Assembly: GCF_018977255.1 (NCBI RefSeq)
Contig: NW_024704744.1
Span: 496,001-560,000, forward strand
Length of the DNA: 64,000 nucleotides
Origin: Callorhinchus milii
Lineage: Eukaryota
Direction of reading: 5' to 3'
The notes below the pieces were generated by a model, which saw nothing but the letters and a program-made list of their open reading frames with translations, was not told the origin of the DNA and searched no databases. This document shows positions 11,000 through 22,559 of the stretch, piece after piece. Every line of letters begins with the position of its first letter. The first letter of the stretch is position 1. The translations under genes and the position numbers were made by a program.

Positions 11000-11560
11000 T
11001 GTCTCTGCCCCTCATCTTGAACAATTATCTCAGTCCTATTTACTGCCCTTTCACTCCATACCACTGTCACTGACTCCTTTTTAGAAATGTATCTCATTCT
11101 TTTTGAAGAATGATCTGGATTCTGCCTCAGCTAACACTCCCACCAGGACATTGAACATCATAACCACTGCGTGTGAAACATTTCTGCTCACCTCCCCACG
11201 TACTCCTTTAATAATTTGTGTCTTAAATTGATGCTCTCTCATCACTCTGTATTGACTCAACTTAAACCCTCATCATTTCAAAGATCTCCAACAGGTCACT
11301 GCTCAACCTTCCTTGTTCCAGTGGAAAAACTTCCAGGTCCTCCAGTCTCCGCTCATAGGCTAAACCACTCATCCCCGATATCATCCTCGGAAACCTCCTC
11401 TGCATCCCCTCTATCATCTTGACATCTTTTCTGAAGTGGGGTGACCAACACTGGGCACAACAGTCTAACTGTGGTCTGAGTAACGATTTACATCCGTTTA
11501 GCATTACCTCTTTGCTTTTATATTCTCTCCTTCGATTTATAAAAGCTAAGATTCCATGAG
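11000..11560 (-). mobile_element. CR1 LINE 3' fragment
   Basis: Minus ORF LLRPQLDCCAQCWSPHFRKDVKMIEGMQRRFPRMISGMSGLAYERRLEDLEVFPLEQGRLSSDLLEIFEMM. Confidence 0.9.
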
Positions 11561-12289
11561 TTTGAGAGAACGGCCTGTTCTAAACACAAATGGCTTTGAG
11601 AAGGAAGAGGCACGAGAGTAGCTGTGGTTTCTAGTTTCCTGCTCCTGACTCACATTAACCATCACACACGAGGTTTGTTCCTAAAATAAAATAGATTTTA
11701 ACAGTTTCTCCATTAATTAAGCAACTATTGCATCAGCATCCCACATAATAATAATAATAATCCTTGCATTTGACATAGTGCCTTACCAACCGTCTCAAAG
11801 CGCTTCACAAAATATACTGTAAAGTGAATTGACTCTATATTATGTGTGATATGTGGCAGTTAATTGTGCACAGCAGTGTCCCACAAACAGTGACCAAATT
11901 TCTATTATTGTTTTTTAATTTGATTTTAATTTGAAAAGATTGTTATCCACAGAAAATCAATCTGTGAATCAATCAACAACGGTTCCTAATTAATGCCAGG
12001 CAAACAGAGGAATGTAGAGCATAGAATATTGCAGCACAGAAGGAGGCCATTCGGCCCATCGTGCCTGTGCTGCCTCTTTGGAAGAGCTAATGTAGGCTGC
12101 TCACAGGATTGATGGCGCCTGGAGACTGACCCCTCCTTCAGCCGAAAGAGACAAAGGAATTCCTGGATAATAAACAGCAGCAGATAATCTGGAGACATTA
12201 CCGTCTCACAGTATTGAGTGGAGCAAACCCCAGGGAATGGGCTTAAGAAGGTGAAGGAAGAGGAGGAGACGAGAGAGGCGTCCATTCCT

Positions 12290-12642
12290 CTGGCAAGTGA
12301 TCAAGTCCTGGGGATAAACCTGAGTGTTGTTGAAATTGACGAAGATGGATGGATTCCTGGTGTCACCCTTCACGCTATCGTATCGGAGAGACACGCTGGA
12401 GTCCTCCTTCATCAAGGCTTCCCTTTGGGTGTTCGCCCCAGTCAAAACATTCAGCACCAATATAAATTGATGCTTGAGGTGGTTGGGTGGGGAGCAGTTG
12501 TCCTGCACTGACATGACAGCACTAGTTGTAAAGTAGACACCTGCCCGTAAAGCTTGCTATGCTTTCAGCGGAAGCTCCTGCTCAAGCCGTGCACGTGGAT
12601 CTCTTCAGTCGTCCCGGGGTGAAGAACTCTCTCAACGTCGGT
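12290..12642 (-). pseudogene. PARP10: PARP10-like (mono-ADP-ribosyltransferase) catalytic domain, intronless and disabled
   Basis: Minus strand reads TDVERVLHPGTTEEIHVHGLSRSFR*KHSKLYGQ, then a 1-nt frameshift at 12541, then GVYFTTSAVMSVQDNCSPPNHLKHQFILVLNVLTG...SLRYDSVKGDTRNPSIFVNFNNTQVYPQDLITCQ. This parallels the PARP10 motifs as recalled (VEQVLYHGT, GFNRSF, YGKGVYF, SVQDRYSPPN, LRYDS, PSIFVIFHDTQ, LITC). Stop TGA at 12565-67. Confidence 0.82.
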
Positions 12643-12682
12643 CGAGCCCAGCATGGCCACGGCTTGGCTTTCTACAGCATTA

Positions 12683-12855
12683 CAGTGCCGTGACCTGAGC
12701 CGGGGTCAGTGCCGTGACCTGAGCCGGGGTCAGTGCCGTGACCTGAGCCGGGGTCAGTGCCGTGACCTGAGCCGGGGTCAGTGCCGTGACCTGAGCCGGG
12801 GTCAGTGCCGTGACCTGAGCCGGGGTCAGTGCCGTGACCTGAGCCGGGGTCAGTG
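12683..12855. repeat. 24-bp perfect tandem repeat, 7 copies plus 5 nt
   Basis: Unit cagtgccgtgacctgagccggggt repeated without variation from 12683 to 12850. Confidence 0.97.
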
Positions 12856-13019
12856 TCAGACAGTTGGGGGCCTCTGACCCCCTCGGGCCGCAGTGTGTCA
12901 GTGTCTCTGTGGCCGCGGTGTGGAGTGAGAGCGGTCAGTGCCCCCCACAGTGGACAAGGTTGGGACTGGGCCGGTGTGAAAGGTAATCAAGTCACATGGG
13001 CAGTGGTGACTGGACACTG

Positions 13020-13123
13020 TGTGTGGGTCACTCACTGCGGTGTAACTGACCGTCGCCACCAGAGCCGACCAGACACTAAACACTGACCAGACGCCATCCA
13101 CGGACTCACAACAGGAGAAGCAG
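13020..13123 (+). other. Putative non-coding first exon of the coiled-coil gene (start approximate)
   Basis: Unique, CpG-containing sequence ending in a consensus donor aagCAG|GTGAGT at 13123/13124. The next strong acceptor with an ORF is at 19100/19101. Confidence 0.45.
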
Positions 13124-14068
13124 GTGAGTGTCTGAAGGTGGAGGAGGTGACGGGGATGATCCAGTTGCTAACTGCAAGTCTAAGCATCGAGGCCCTGATC
13201 TATCCAAGAAGAATTGACAGATTGTGGTCAGAGCCTCCAACGCTATTTCCAACCTAACTTCCCTCAGCAAATGTCGATGCATCCCATCCAGACCAGGGGA
13301 CTTTTCTACTTTGACCATCCTTTTACTGTTCATGACTTTATAAAAGACTTTAGGGTTCCCTTTTGTGTTCACACTAATCTTTTCACATACAATCTCTTTT
13401 ACCTCTTATTCCCTTTCTCAGTTCTCTGTACTTTCTGTGTTCTACTTGATTCTCTATTATGTTGGAACGTGACATTCATCATAAACTCCTTTTTCTGTTT
13501 CGTTTTAATCCCGATTTCAAAAACAACAACAAATTACATTTGAATAGCACTTTTCAGTTTGGGAGCGCATCCCAAGCTGTTGGACAGACCTCCTGATCCC
13601 TTAATGTGGCCCTGATCCGAGGGCTTAATAATCTAATTATTTTTATGCAATAATACATATAAAAGGAGGATCTGCTGTTTGCATGGAGCATCGCTGCCAT
13701 CTTGCTGGAGATCAATGGTAACTGCAGCAGATGAACTGACTGATTTTGTTGAACAATAATATGCATTTACATAGCGTCCCTGAGCCCTTGAGCATTCACA
13801 GTAAAATGCTCACTGTAAACTCACAGATTTAGCCGCTCAGAGACTGTGAACCAAGTCCTGCCGATCAGCCAGAAGGGGCTGTGCTGTCATTGGCTAAGGA
13901 ACCAGAAATTACACGTGTAAAGTGCCTTTCACATCGGGAGGACATCCCAAGGCTCTGGACAATCAATGTTTCTGACTTGAGCTGGCAGTCGGGATGCGGG
14001 AGGGTGGAGTGCAAGGGGGAAGCAGGGAGATCGAAGGCACGGTCGAAGAGGAGGTTCTTGAGATGGAT

Positions 14069-14690
14069 CTTAACATAACATAACATAACATAACATAACA
14101 TAACATAACATAACATAACATAACATAACATGTAGGAGCAGGAGTAGACCATTCGGCCCTGCGAGAAGTTCTTCCTCTACACAGTGCGAAAGGGCTGCCT
14201 CTGATTTTAAGGTTGTGAGCCCTGGTTTTAGTTTCTCCAACCGGGAGATCCCCTCTAATTCTTCTATATTCTACAGAATATAGGCCCAAATTGGTCAGCT
14301 GCTCCTCGTAACTCATCCCCTCCATCCCTGGCACTAACCCAATAAATCTACGCTGCACCCCTCCAAGGCAAGTACATCCTTCCTTAAATGAGGAGACCAA
14401 AACTGGACACAGTATTCCAGGTGTGGTCTCACGAGGGCCCTATACAGTTGCAGCAAGACTTCCCTACTCTTATACTCTAATCCTTTCATAATGAATGCTA
14501 ACATACCGTTCGCCTTCCTAATCGCTGCCGCACCTGCAGACTAACTTTCTGTGATTGGTGTACAAGGACACCCAAATCCCTCTGGACGCTAACACATTCC
14601 AATCTCTCCCCTTCTAAAAAATAACCCGCTCTACTGTTTTGCTACCGAGGTGGATGACTTTGCACAATATACTTCATCTGCCACCTACCT
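14069..14690 (-). mobile_element. CR1 LINE 3' fragment with (TAACA)n tail, lying between L2 pieces (about 13870-14068 and 14690-15420, minus)
   Basis: Minus ORF FKEGCTCLGGVQRRFIGLVPGMEGMSYEEQLTNLGLYSVEYRRIRGDL; pentanucleotide tail at about 14069-14131. Confidence 0.85.
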
Positions 14691-15684
14691 GCCCAATCTT
14701 GAAGGTGGCAAGGGAGGGAGTGAGGTGGAGGAACTGCAGGATGGAGTTCCAGAGGGTGGGGCAGAGTGGCAGAAGGCCCACCCTCCAATAGTGGGGCAAG
14801 CAAGGCGGGGGACATGTAGCAGGCCAGAGCCCACTGAGCGGAGGGAGCGAGCAGGATGGTAGGGGGTTACGAGGTGGCAGAGGTCGGGGGGAGCAAGACC
14901 CTTGAGGGCTTTGAAGCTGAGGACCAGGATCTTGAACTGTATCCTCTGTGTGATGGGATGCCAGTGGAGTTGGGCGAGGATGGGGGTGATCGGGTCATGG
15001 AGTCTGGTGTGGGAGAGGACACGGGCTGCAGATTTCTGATCTGATGATCTGCAGCCTATGGAGGGAGGAGTTGGGGAGGCTGGGAAATTGCATTGTCAAG
15101 CCTGGGTGTCATGAATGCATATTTGAGGATTTTGGTGAACTAAGGTGTGAAAGAATGGCAGAGCCGGGCGACGATGTGGACGTGGTGGAAGGCAGAGCGG
15201 GTCATGGCACAATATGGGGTGGAAAGGATATTTGAGGGTCAAACAAGATGCCAAGGTTCCGGGCTGGCTTAGCAAGGAGGAGTGTGCAATCAATGGATGG
15301 TGAGGCTGTCGGCGCCTGAGGTGCGGAGGCGCTGATGGGAGTCAACGAGGAGAGCCTCGGTCTTGTTGACATTCAACTATAGAAAGTGAGCTGTCATCCA
15401 GGCCTTGATGTCTGACAGACACTCTAATGATAATCATAAGCCTTGCATTTGATATAGCGCTTTTCACGTCTCTGAGATGTCTCACAGCACTTCACAGAAT
15501 ACGCTGTAAAGTGAATTGACGGTACATATGTGGGTGAAAGGCAGCAGCTAATTGTGCACAGCAGTGTCCCACAAACAATCGTGGACTGAGTGACCAAATT
15601 GTTATGCTTTTTTTCTTGATTATTATGAGGCATGTGGAGTAAGGAAACTTGGGCAAGGTTTCGCCTGTCGGGAATCGAACCAAG

Positions 15685-16760
15685 GTCTATCTTGGTGACA
15701 TCATCTGCAGACATGGGATAAATTTCCACATGGATGCGGATGACACCCAACTCTATCTCTCTGCCTCCACCCTCAACTCCAGGTCCACTGGTGTCCTGAC
15801 CGACTGTCTGACCAACATCAAGTCCTGTATGAGGGCCAACTTTCTCCAACTCAACGTCACCAAGACCGAGGCCCTCCTGATTGGCTCGCGCCAACGCCTC
15901 CGCACCTCGGGCACTGGCAGGATCAGCCTTCACGGCTGCACACTCAACCTCACTGAGCCAGTCAGGAACCTGGGGGTCTTGTTTGACCCTGAACTGTCCT
16001 TTCTCCCCCACATCCGCACCATGACCGGCACTGCCTACCACCACCTCCGCAACATTGCCAGACTCCGCCACTGCCTCACCCCTCAGGCTGTCCAAACCCT
16101 CACCCACACATTTGTCACATCAAGGCTCGATTATGGGAACTCCCTCCTCATCGGCCTTCCCAACTCTTCCCTTCACAAGCTGCAGATCATCCACAACTCT
16201 GCGCACCAGGCTCCGTGACCCCATCACTCCCACCGTCGCCCAACTCCACTGGCTCCCCATCCCCCAGAGGATCGAGTTCAAGATCCTCGTCCTCACCTTT
16301 AAGGCCTTGCTGTACTCTGAAATGCTGTCCTCCTGATGTAACAGGCGCTGTACAAATGTAACCTTGTTGTTGTTGTTGCCCCCTCCTACCTCTCTGACCT
16401 GCTGACTCCCTACCAACCTGCCCGCTCCCTCCATTTATCAGACTCCGGCCTGCTCCATGTCTCCCGCCCGACCCTCCCTAGCATCGGCGGACGGTCTTTC
16501 AGCCTCTCTGCCCCCACACTCTGGAACTCCATCCCACAGTCCCTTTGCCTCGCTTTCTCCCTCACCTCCTTCAAGGCCGGTCTCAAGACCCTTCTCTTCG
16601 AATGCCTTTGGTCTCCCTCCCATCTCTCTGCCTTCCCTCACACCTACACCACCTCTGCCCTATGCTCGGGCCCCGACACCTGACTATTCAGCGATTTCGG
16701 ACATCCTCCTGACGTGAAAGGCTCTCTGTAAATGTAATTTTGTTGTTGTTGTTGTTGTTG
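15685..16760 (+). mobile_element. L2 LINE RT C-terminal part and 3' end, preceded by a minus-strand SINE (about 15425-15684)
   Basis: [22 protein letters not shown]...[24 protein letters not shown]...FVTSRLDYGNSLLIGLP; (ttg)n tail at 16740-16760. Confidence 0.9.
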
Positions 16761-17428
16761 CAAGGTTAGTGCTTTAATGACTGAGCTACAGGACTCCATC
16801 CTGTCAGAACAGCAATGGACCTGGAGTAAAGGTGGGAGGCAGAGAGGTAGAGTTGGGTATCATCCGCACGAGATGTGACCACAGAGGGCTGGCTCGATTC
16901 TGACCTTCTGTTGCCAAACATATCACCTTGGAGCCAGTTCAGCTCCAACATGGCCACTCCCCCACACACTACACTACACACACTAATTGATTGTTTGGCA
17001 TCTGACAAGCGCAGGCCGGAGCCCTCACTTGGTGGACGGTCAATATCCTATGAATATATCAAATAGCCTTTGAGATGTCCTCCTGATGTGAACCTAGATC
17101 GGCTGGAGGGAATGAGCAGAGATGGAATTAGTAGAGAGTTGGTTTAGACTGGGACGAGTAATGAGAGAGGGGGTTTGTCCTGTAAGGGTGATTATATTTT
17201 CATGACCCTGCGGTGAATAAAGACCTATACAAATGTTGTACAATTAGTCAAGGTTTATTAATTCAGATTAATATTAGTTATCAGTAATTAAAAGAATAAA
17301 TCTAATTATGCTCACTAATCCACGTATACTGTAGTTCACAATGATTTAAATTGACCAAATCAAATGCTGCGGGAGAGATAGAGGAGCAATGTCCAATTTA
17401 ATGTCCCATTTGAATCCAAAAATAAGTC

Positions 17429-18051
17429 CTCAAAGGTATCCGGGTATTATTGTACGGTTCCCAGTTCGCTATCACCCAAAGGTATCCGGGTATTATTGTA
17501 CGGTTCCCAGTTCCCTATTACCCAAAGGTATCCGGATATTATTGTACGGTTCCCAGTTCGCTATCACCCAAAGGTATCCGGGTATTATTGTACGGTTCCC
17601 AGTTCGCTATTACCCAAAGGTATCCGGGTATTATTGTACGGTTCCCAGTTCCCTATTACCCAAAGGTATCCGGGTATTATTGTACGGTTCCCAGTTCCCT
17701 ATTACCCAAAGGTATCGGGTATTATTGTACGGTTCCCAGTTCCCTATTACCCAAAGGTATCGGGTATTATTGTACGGTTCCCAGTTCGCTATCACCCAAA
17801 GGTATCCGGGTATTATTGTACGGTTCCCAGTTCGCTATCACCCAAAGGTATCGGGTATTATTGTACGGTTCCCAGTTTCCTATTACCCAAAGGTATCCGG
17901 GTATTATTGTACGGTTCCCAGTTCCCTATTACCCAAAGGTATCGGGTATTATTGTACGGTTCCCAGTTCCCTATCACCCAAAGGTATCGGGTATTATTGT
18001 ACGGTTCCCAGTTCCCTATTACCCAAAGGTATCCGGGTATTATTGTACGGT
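17429..18051. repeat. 44-46-bp minisatellite, about 14 copies
   Basis: Unit cccaaaggtatccgggtattattgtacggttcccagttc(g/c)ctat(c/t)a; ggtatc at 17435 and 17481 (period 46); some units lack one c. Confidence 0.95.
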
Positions 18052-18829
18052 TAGAGTTGTTGAAATCGTAGTCTGGATCTTCCTTCTTTAGAAACTGGAA
18101 TATGGTTCGCGACTCCAAGTTCCCATCTCTTCTTTCTCTTTTCGAATCGATCTCCGATCTCCGAACTCAGAGACCTGAGTTCAATTCCAGGCAGAGGGCG
18201 AAACCTTGGGCAAGTTTCCTTACTCCACACAGAGTCTAATAATAATCCCTCCAAAACAATAATAAATTGGTCATTTTCAATCCACGACTGTTTGTGGGAC
18301 ATTGCTGTGCGCAATTGGCTGCCGCGTTCGCCCACAAATATACAGTCAATTCACTTTACAGTGTATTCTGTGAAGCGCTTTGGGACGCCTTGAAGGAGGA
18401 AAGGGAGGAGGCGGCGAAGGCACTGGGGGATGGAGTTCCAGAGCCTCGGGGCTGAGAGGCTGAAGGCCCGGCCACCGATGGTAGGGCGGTTGGGGCGGGG
18501 GATGTGGAGCAGACTGGAGCCAGAGGGACGGAGGGTACGGGCAGGTAGGGAGGGGGATAGTAGGTGACTTCCCTGCTTTTCATTTCTGTCCCTCTAGAAA
18601 TGAACCCCAATGCCTGTTTTTTGCCTTTTTTATGGCCTTATTAATGTGTGTTGCTACTTTTAGTGAATTGTGTATGTGTACCCCTGGATCCCTTTCTCCT
18701 CTACCCCATTTGGGTTTTTATTTTACAGGATGTATGTGACTTCCTTATTCTTTCTACCAAAATGTACCACCTCGCACTTTTCTATATTGAAATGCATTTG
18801 CCATTTAAATGCCCACTCAGCAACATTAT

Positions 18830-19085
18830 CAAGGCGAAACCTTGGGCAAGTTTCCTTACTCCACACAGAGCCTAATAATATTCCCTCCAAAACTAAAAAT
18901 AATAATAAATTGGTCATTTTCAATCTACGACTGTTTGTGGGGCATTGCTGTGCGCAATTGGCTGCCGCGTTCGCCCACAAATATACGGTCAATTCACTTT
19001 ACAGTATATTCTGTGAAGCGCTTTGAGATGGCTTGAAGATATGTTGAGGCGCTGTATCAAATGCAAGGATTATTATTATTATTAC
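18830..19085 (+). mobile_element. tRNA-derived SINE (5'-truncated) ending about 15 nt before a splice acceptor
   Basis: gcgaaaccttgggcaagtttccttactccacacagagcc...aaatgcaaggattattattattatt. Another copy is at about 18165-18385. Confidence 0.85.
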
Positions 19086-19108
19086 TCTCCTACCTTTCAG
19101 GTGGCACG

Positions 19109-19588
19109 ATGGTAGCTGTCAGTGCTGTGAATCTGCACTTCACAAATCCCAGTGTGCAGTCGGCCATCAGCAACTGTGACTCTCAAAGGTCCAAACTGCA
19201 GGAGAGCGAGCGACAGCTGGAGTGCTGCCGCCAACAGGTGGCTGTCAAGCGGAATGAGCTGGCCGGGGTGAAAAGCCGTCTGACGCAACAGCAACAGGAC
19301 CTGGAACTGAAGAGAAATTTGTACACAAAGTTGTCTGATGTCTTAACTGCACTTAAACGATGTGCTCAGTATCTCTGCACTGTTCATGGAAGAGTGACAG
19401 TGCTGAGGGATCAGTCTCAGCACCTCTACTGCATGGAGCCTCTGATCGTGATTATAGAGGAAATAGTCAGCAGTGTGGACAAGCTGCCCACCTCAATGCG
19501 ATTGTCAGACTCAGGCCCAGCTGTTGCCAAATCCATCACCAACCTGAAAGAAACCTGTTCTCGAATGAAAGCCATTTGTTCTGAATAA
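19109..19588 (+). CDS. Uncharacterised 159-aa coiled-coil protein, single coding exon
   Basis: Acceptor ctctcctacctttcAG at 19099-19100. ATG in strong context (acgATGg). Uninterrupted non-repetitive ORF MVAVSAVNLHFTNPSVQSAISNCDSQRSKLQESERQLECCRQQVAVKRNELAGVKSRLTQQQQDLELKRNLYTKLSDVLTALKRC...SRMKAICSE*. AATAAA at 19584-89 and 19628-33. Confidence 0.75.
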   Translation: MVAVSAVNLHFTNPSVQSAISNCDSQRSKLQESERQLECCRQQVAVKRNELAGVKSRLTQQQQDLELKRNLYTKLSDVLTALKRCAQYLCTVHGRVTVLRDQSQHLYCMEPLIVIIEEIVSSVDKLPTSMRLSDSGPAVAKSITNLKETCSRMKAICSE

Positions 19589-20449
19589 AAGTATTAATGT
19601 TCCGACTCACTGTTTGCTCAGCCTGGGAATAAAGGATTATTCAGCTGTCTACCCTACTCTGCTATTTTATTACATCGCAGCAGATCTTTGAATCCCATTT
19701 CCCCTCCTTTTTCCCCAAACTTCTCAACCACATCCCCTTACTTCTGAAGTAACTCTATCTTCCTTTTTCTGTCTCCTCGCTGTTCTTCCTCGCTCCACCA
19801 CTCACAAACTTCAACTTGTCTAAAATGCCACTGTCCGCATCCTCATCCAAATCAAACTCTTGCATGTTCACCAATCTCCACTGGCTCCCAATGGATCAAA
19901 AAAAAATAATAATAAATTGGTCACTTCAATCCACAACTGTTTCTGGGTCGGTCGCCGCTGTGTGCAATTGGCTGCCACATTTCGCCCACAAATATACAGT
20001 CAATTCACTTTACAATATATTCTGTGAAGAGCTTTGAGACTTCTAGAAGATGTGAAAAGCGCTATATCAAATGCAAGGATTATTATTATTAGTAGTAGTA
20101 TTATTATGTTTGATTTCCAGCTCCTTACATATAAATCCCTCACACCTGCCTCTGATCGCCTCCTACCCCACTCCTCCAGTTGCCCATCCAATTGGTTAAT
20201 TCATTGGTTAAATGGTTAATTTGGGTTTGCTGTGCATTGCTCACTCAACCCACTCGAAGTGGCCATCATTGGCGGCTGAGCTTTCCAATTCCATACCCTT
20301 ATCCTTTGGAGCTCCCTCCCTCAACCTATGTGTCTCATCCCCAGTCCTGCCCTCATCGACTGCACCTATGGTTACCATCTCTTCCCTGCTCTCCTACTTC
20401 TCGTTGCTCAGACTCTATCCCGTGCCTTGGAATGTCCTCCTGATGTGAA

Positions 20450-22500
20450 AGGCGCTGTACAAATGTGTATTCTTGTTCTTGTCCCCAAGTATTTGCAATT
20501 CCAGCTCCAGCTCTCATTGCAAAAGGGTATGGATTTGGAAAGCTCAGCCACCAATGATGGCCACTTCGAGTGGATTGAGTGAGTACATCGGCTGTCAACT
20601 TTGAACACAATAAAATGAATTGGCCAGTTCCAGAGGATGGGGGCAGAATGGCTGAAGGCCCACCCACTAATGATGGGGGGGGGCGAGGCGGGGGACATGT
20701 AGCAGGCCGGAGCCCGCTGAGCGGAGGGAGCAAACAGAATGGTAGTGGGGACCAAAGCCATGGAGGACTTTGCAAGTGAGGACAAGAATCTTGAACTGTA
20801 CCCACTGCGTGATGGGAAGCCAGTGGAGTCGGGCGAGGATGGGGGTGATAGGGTCGCGGAGCCTGGTGCAGGAGAGGACATGGGCTGCAGAGTTCTGGAT
20901 GATCTGCTGCCTATGGAGGGAGGAGTTGGGGAGGCCGACAAGCAGTGAGTTTGCATAGTCAAGCTTGGATGTTATGAATGTTATGAATGCATGTATTAGG
21001 GTTTTGGCGGCCTGCGGTGTGAGACAGTGGCAAAGCTGTGGAGGTGTGGGCAAGCTGAGCAGGACACGGCATGGATATGGGGTAGAAAAGATAGTTGAGG
21101 GTCAAACAAGACGCCAAGGTTCTGGACTGGCCTAGTAAGGTGGAAGTGTGCAACCATGGATGGTGATGCTGTCAGTGCCTGAGTTGAGGAGGCGCTGATG
21201 GGAGCCAATCAGCAGAACCTCGATCTTGTTGACATTCAACTCAGGAAAGTTAGCTCTCATCCAGGACAGCAGTGGTCCAGGAGTCAAGGGTGGAGGCAGA
21301 GAGAATGTGCGCGGCAGAGTTTTATATAATCCGGGTATTATCTGGAGGGGAGTATAGCCGTAGGCACGGTCGAAGAAGAGGATCTTGAGATGTGCTTTGG
21401 ACGAGGAAAGGGAGGGAGGGAGCGAATGTGGGATGGAGTTCCAAAGGGTTAGGAGCAGAGAGGCTGAAGGGTGGGGTGGGCTGGGTGGGGGACGTGGAGC
21501 AGGCCACAGCCTGCTGAGCGAGGGAGCGGACAGGTTGATATGGGATCAGTATGTCTCAGAGATAGGAAGTGCAAGGCCGTGGAGGGTCTTGAAGGCCAGG
21601 ACAAGGATTTGTAACTCTACCTTCTGAGGGATGGGGAGGCAGTGGAGGCGAGCAAGGGAGGAGGTGATGGGGTCATGGAGCCTGATGGGAGAGGACACAA
21701 GCTGTAGAGCTCTGTGTGATCTGCAGCTTGTGGAGGGAAGATGTGGACAAGCAGGGGCTTTGCAAAGTCAAGCCTAGATGTGATGAATGCGTGAGTAAGG
21801 ATTTTGGTGGTCAGAGGGGTGAAGCAGTAGCGGAGCGATGTTGCGGAGGTGGGGAAGGCAGAGCAGGTCATGGCACGGATGTGGGGTAGAAAGGACAGTT
21901 GAGGGTCAAACAAGACATCAACGTTACTGGATTGGCTTAGCAAGATGGGATGTGCATCACTGGATGGTGATGCTGTCGGTGCCTGAGGCGTGAAGTTGCT
22001 GACGGGACCCAATCAGGAGAGCCTCGAACTTCTGGACGTTCAACCGTGGAAAGTTAGCTCTCATCCAGGACTTGATGTCCAACAGACATTGTGTCAGGAC
22101 AGCAGTGGGTCCTGGAGTTGAGGGTGGAGGCAGAGAGGTTGGATGACAATTGGGTGTCATCCATGTACACATGGAAGTTGACCCCATGTCTGTAGATGAT
22201 GTCACCAAGAGGAGCATGTAGATATTGAAGAGGAGACATGGACAGAGTCCTGAGGAACACCATACAAGAGATGTAGATTTTAAAATGTGAATTAAAGTAA
22301 AGAGGGGGTGAGATGGAGGCATTAAGGCAGGGAGTTCTAGAGGTTAAGAGTGAGGAGTGATCGAGGGAGGCCTGATTTAGCTGAGAGATGAGGTGGGCAT
22401 TGGAGTGAGGAGAAAGTAGGTCTGAGAGGTTATCGGGCATGAAGGGATTTGTAGCTGAGGAAGAGGACTTTGAAATCTATCCTTTTGGAGGCTGGTGAGG
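20450..22500 (-). mobile_element. Stacked degenerate L2 LINE fragments
   Basis: Minus ORFs [45 protein letters not shown] and ITSKLDYANSLLVGLPNSSLH. Confidence 0.85.
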
Positions 22501-22559
22501 GTTGGGGTGATGGGTGTGCGGAGTATGATACAGGCGAGGATGCTAGTGGCAGAGGTTTG

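Noticed and set aside
12218-12511. Plus-strand 97-aa ORF
   Set aside because: It is the antisense shadow of the PARP10-like segment.
12653-12877. ORF (QCRDLSRG)n and a possible CRISPR array
   Set aside because: It is a perfect 24-bp tandem repeat without spacers; the ORF exists only because 24 is divisible by 3.
17389-18118. About 200-aa ORFs in three frames and a CRISPR-like look of the 46-bp array
   Set aside because: These are head-to-tail repeats with no unique spacers, no cas genes and a eukaryotic context; the ORFs are repeat artefacts.
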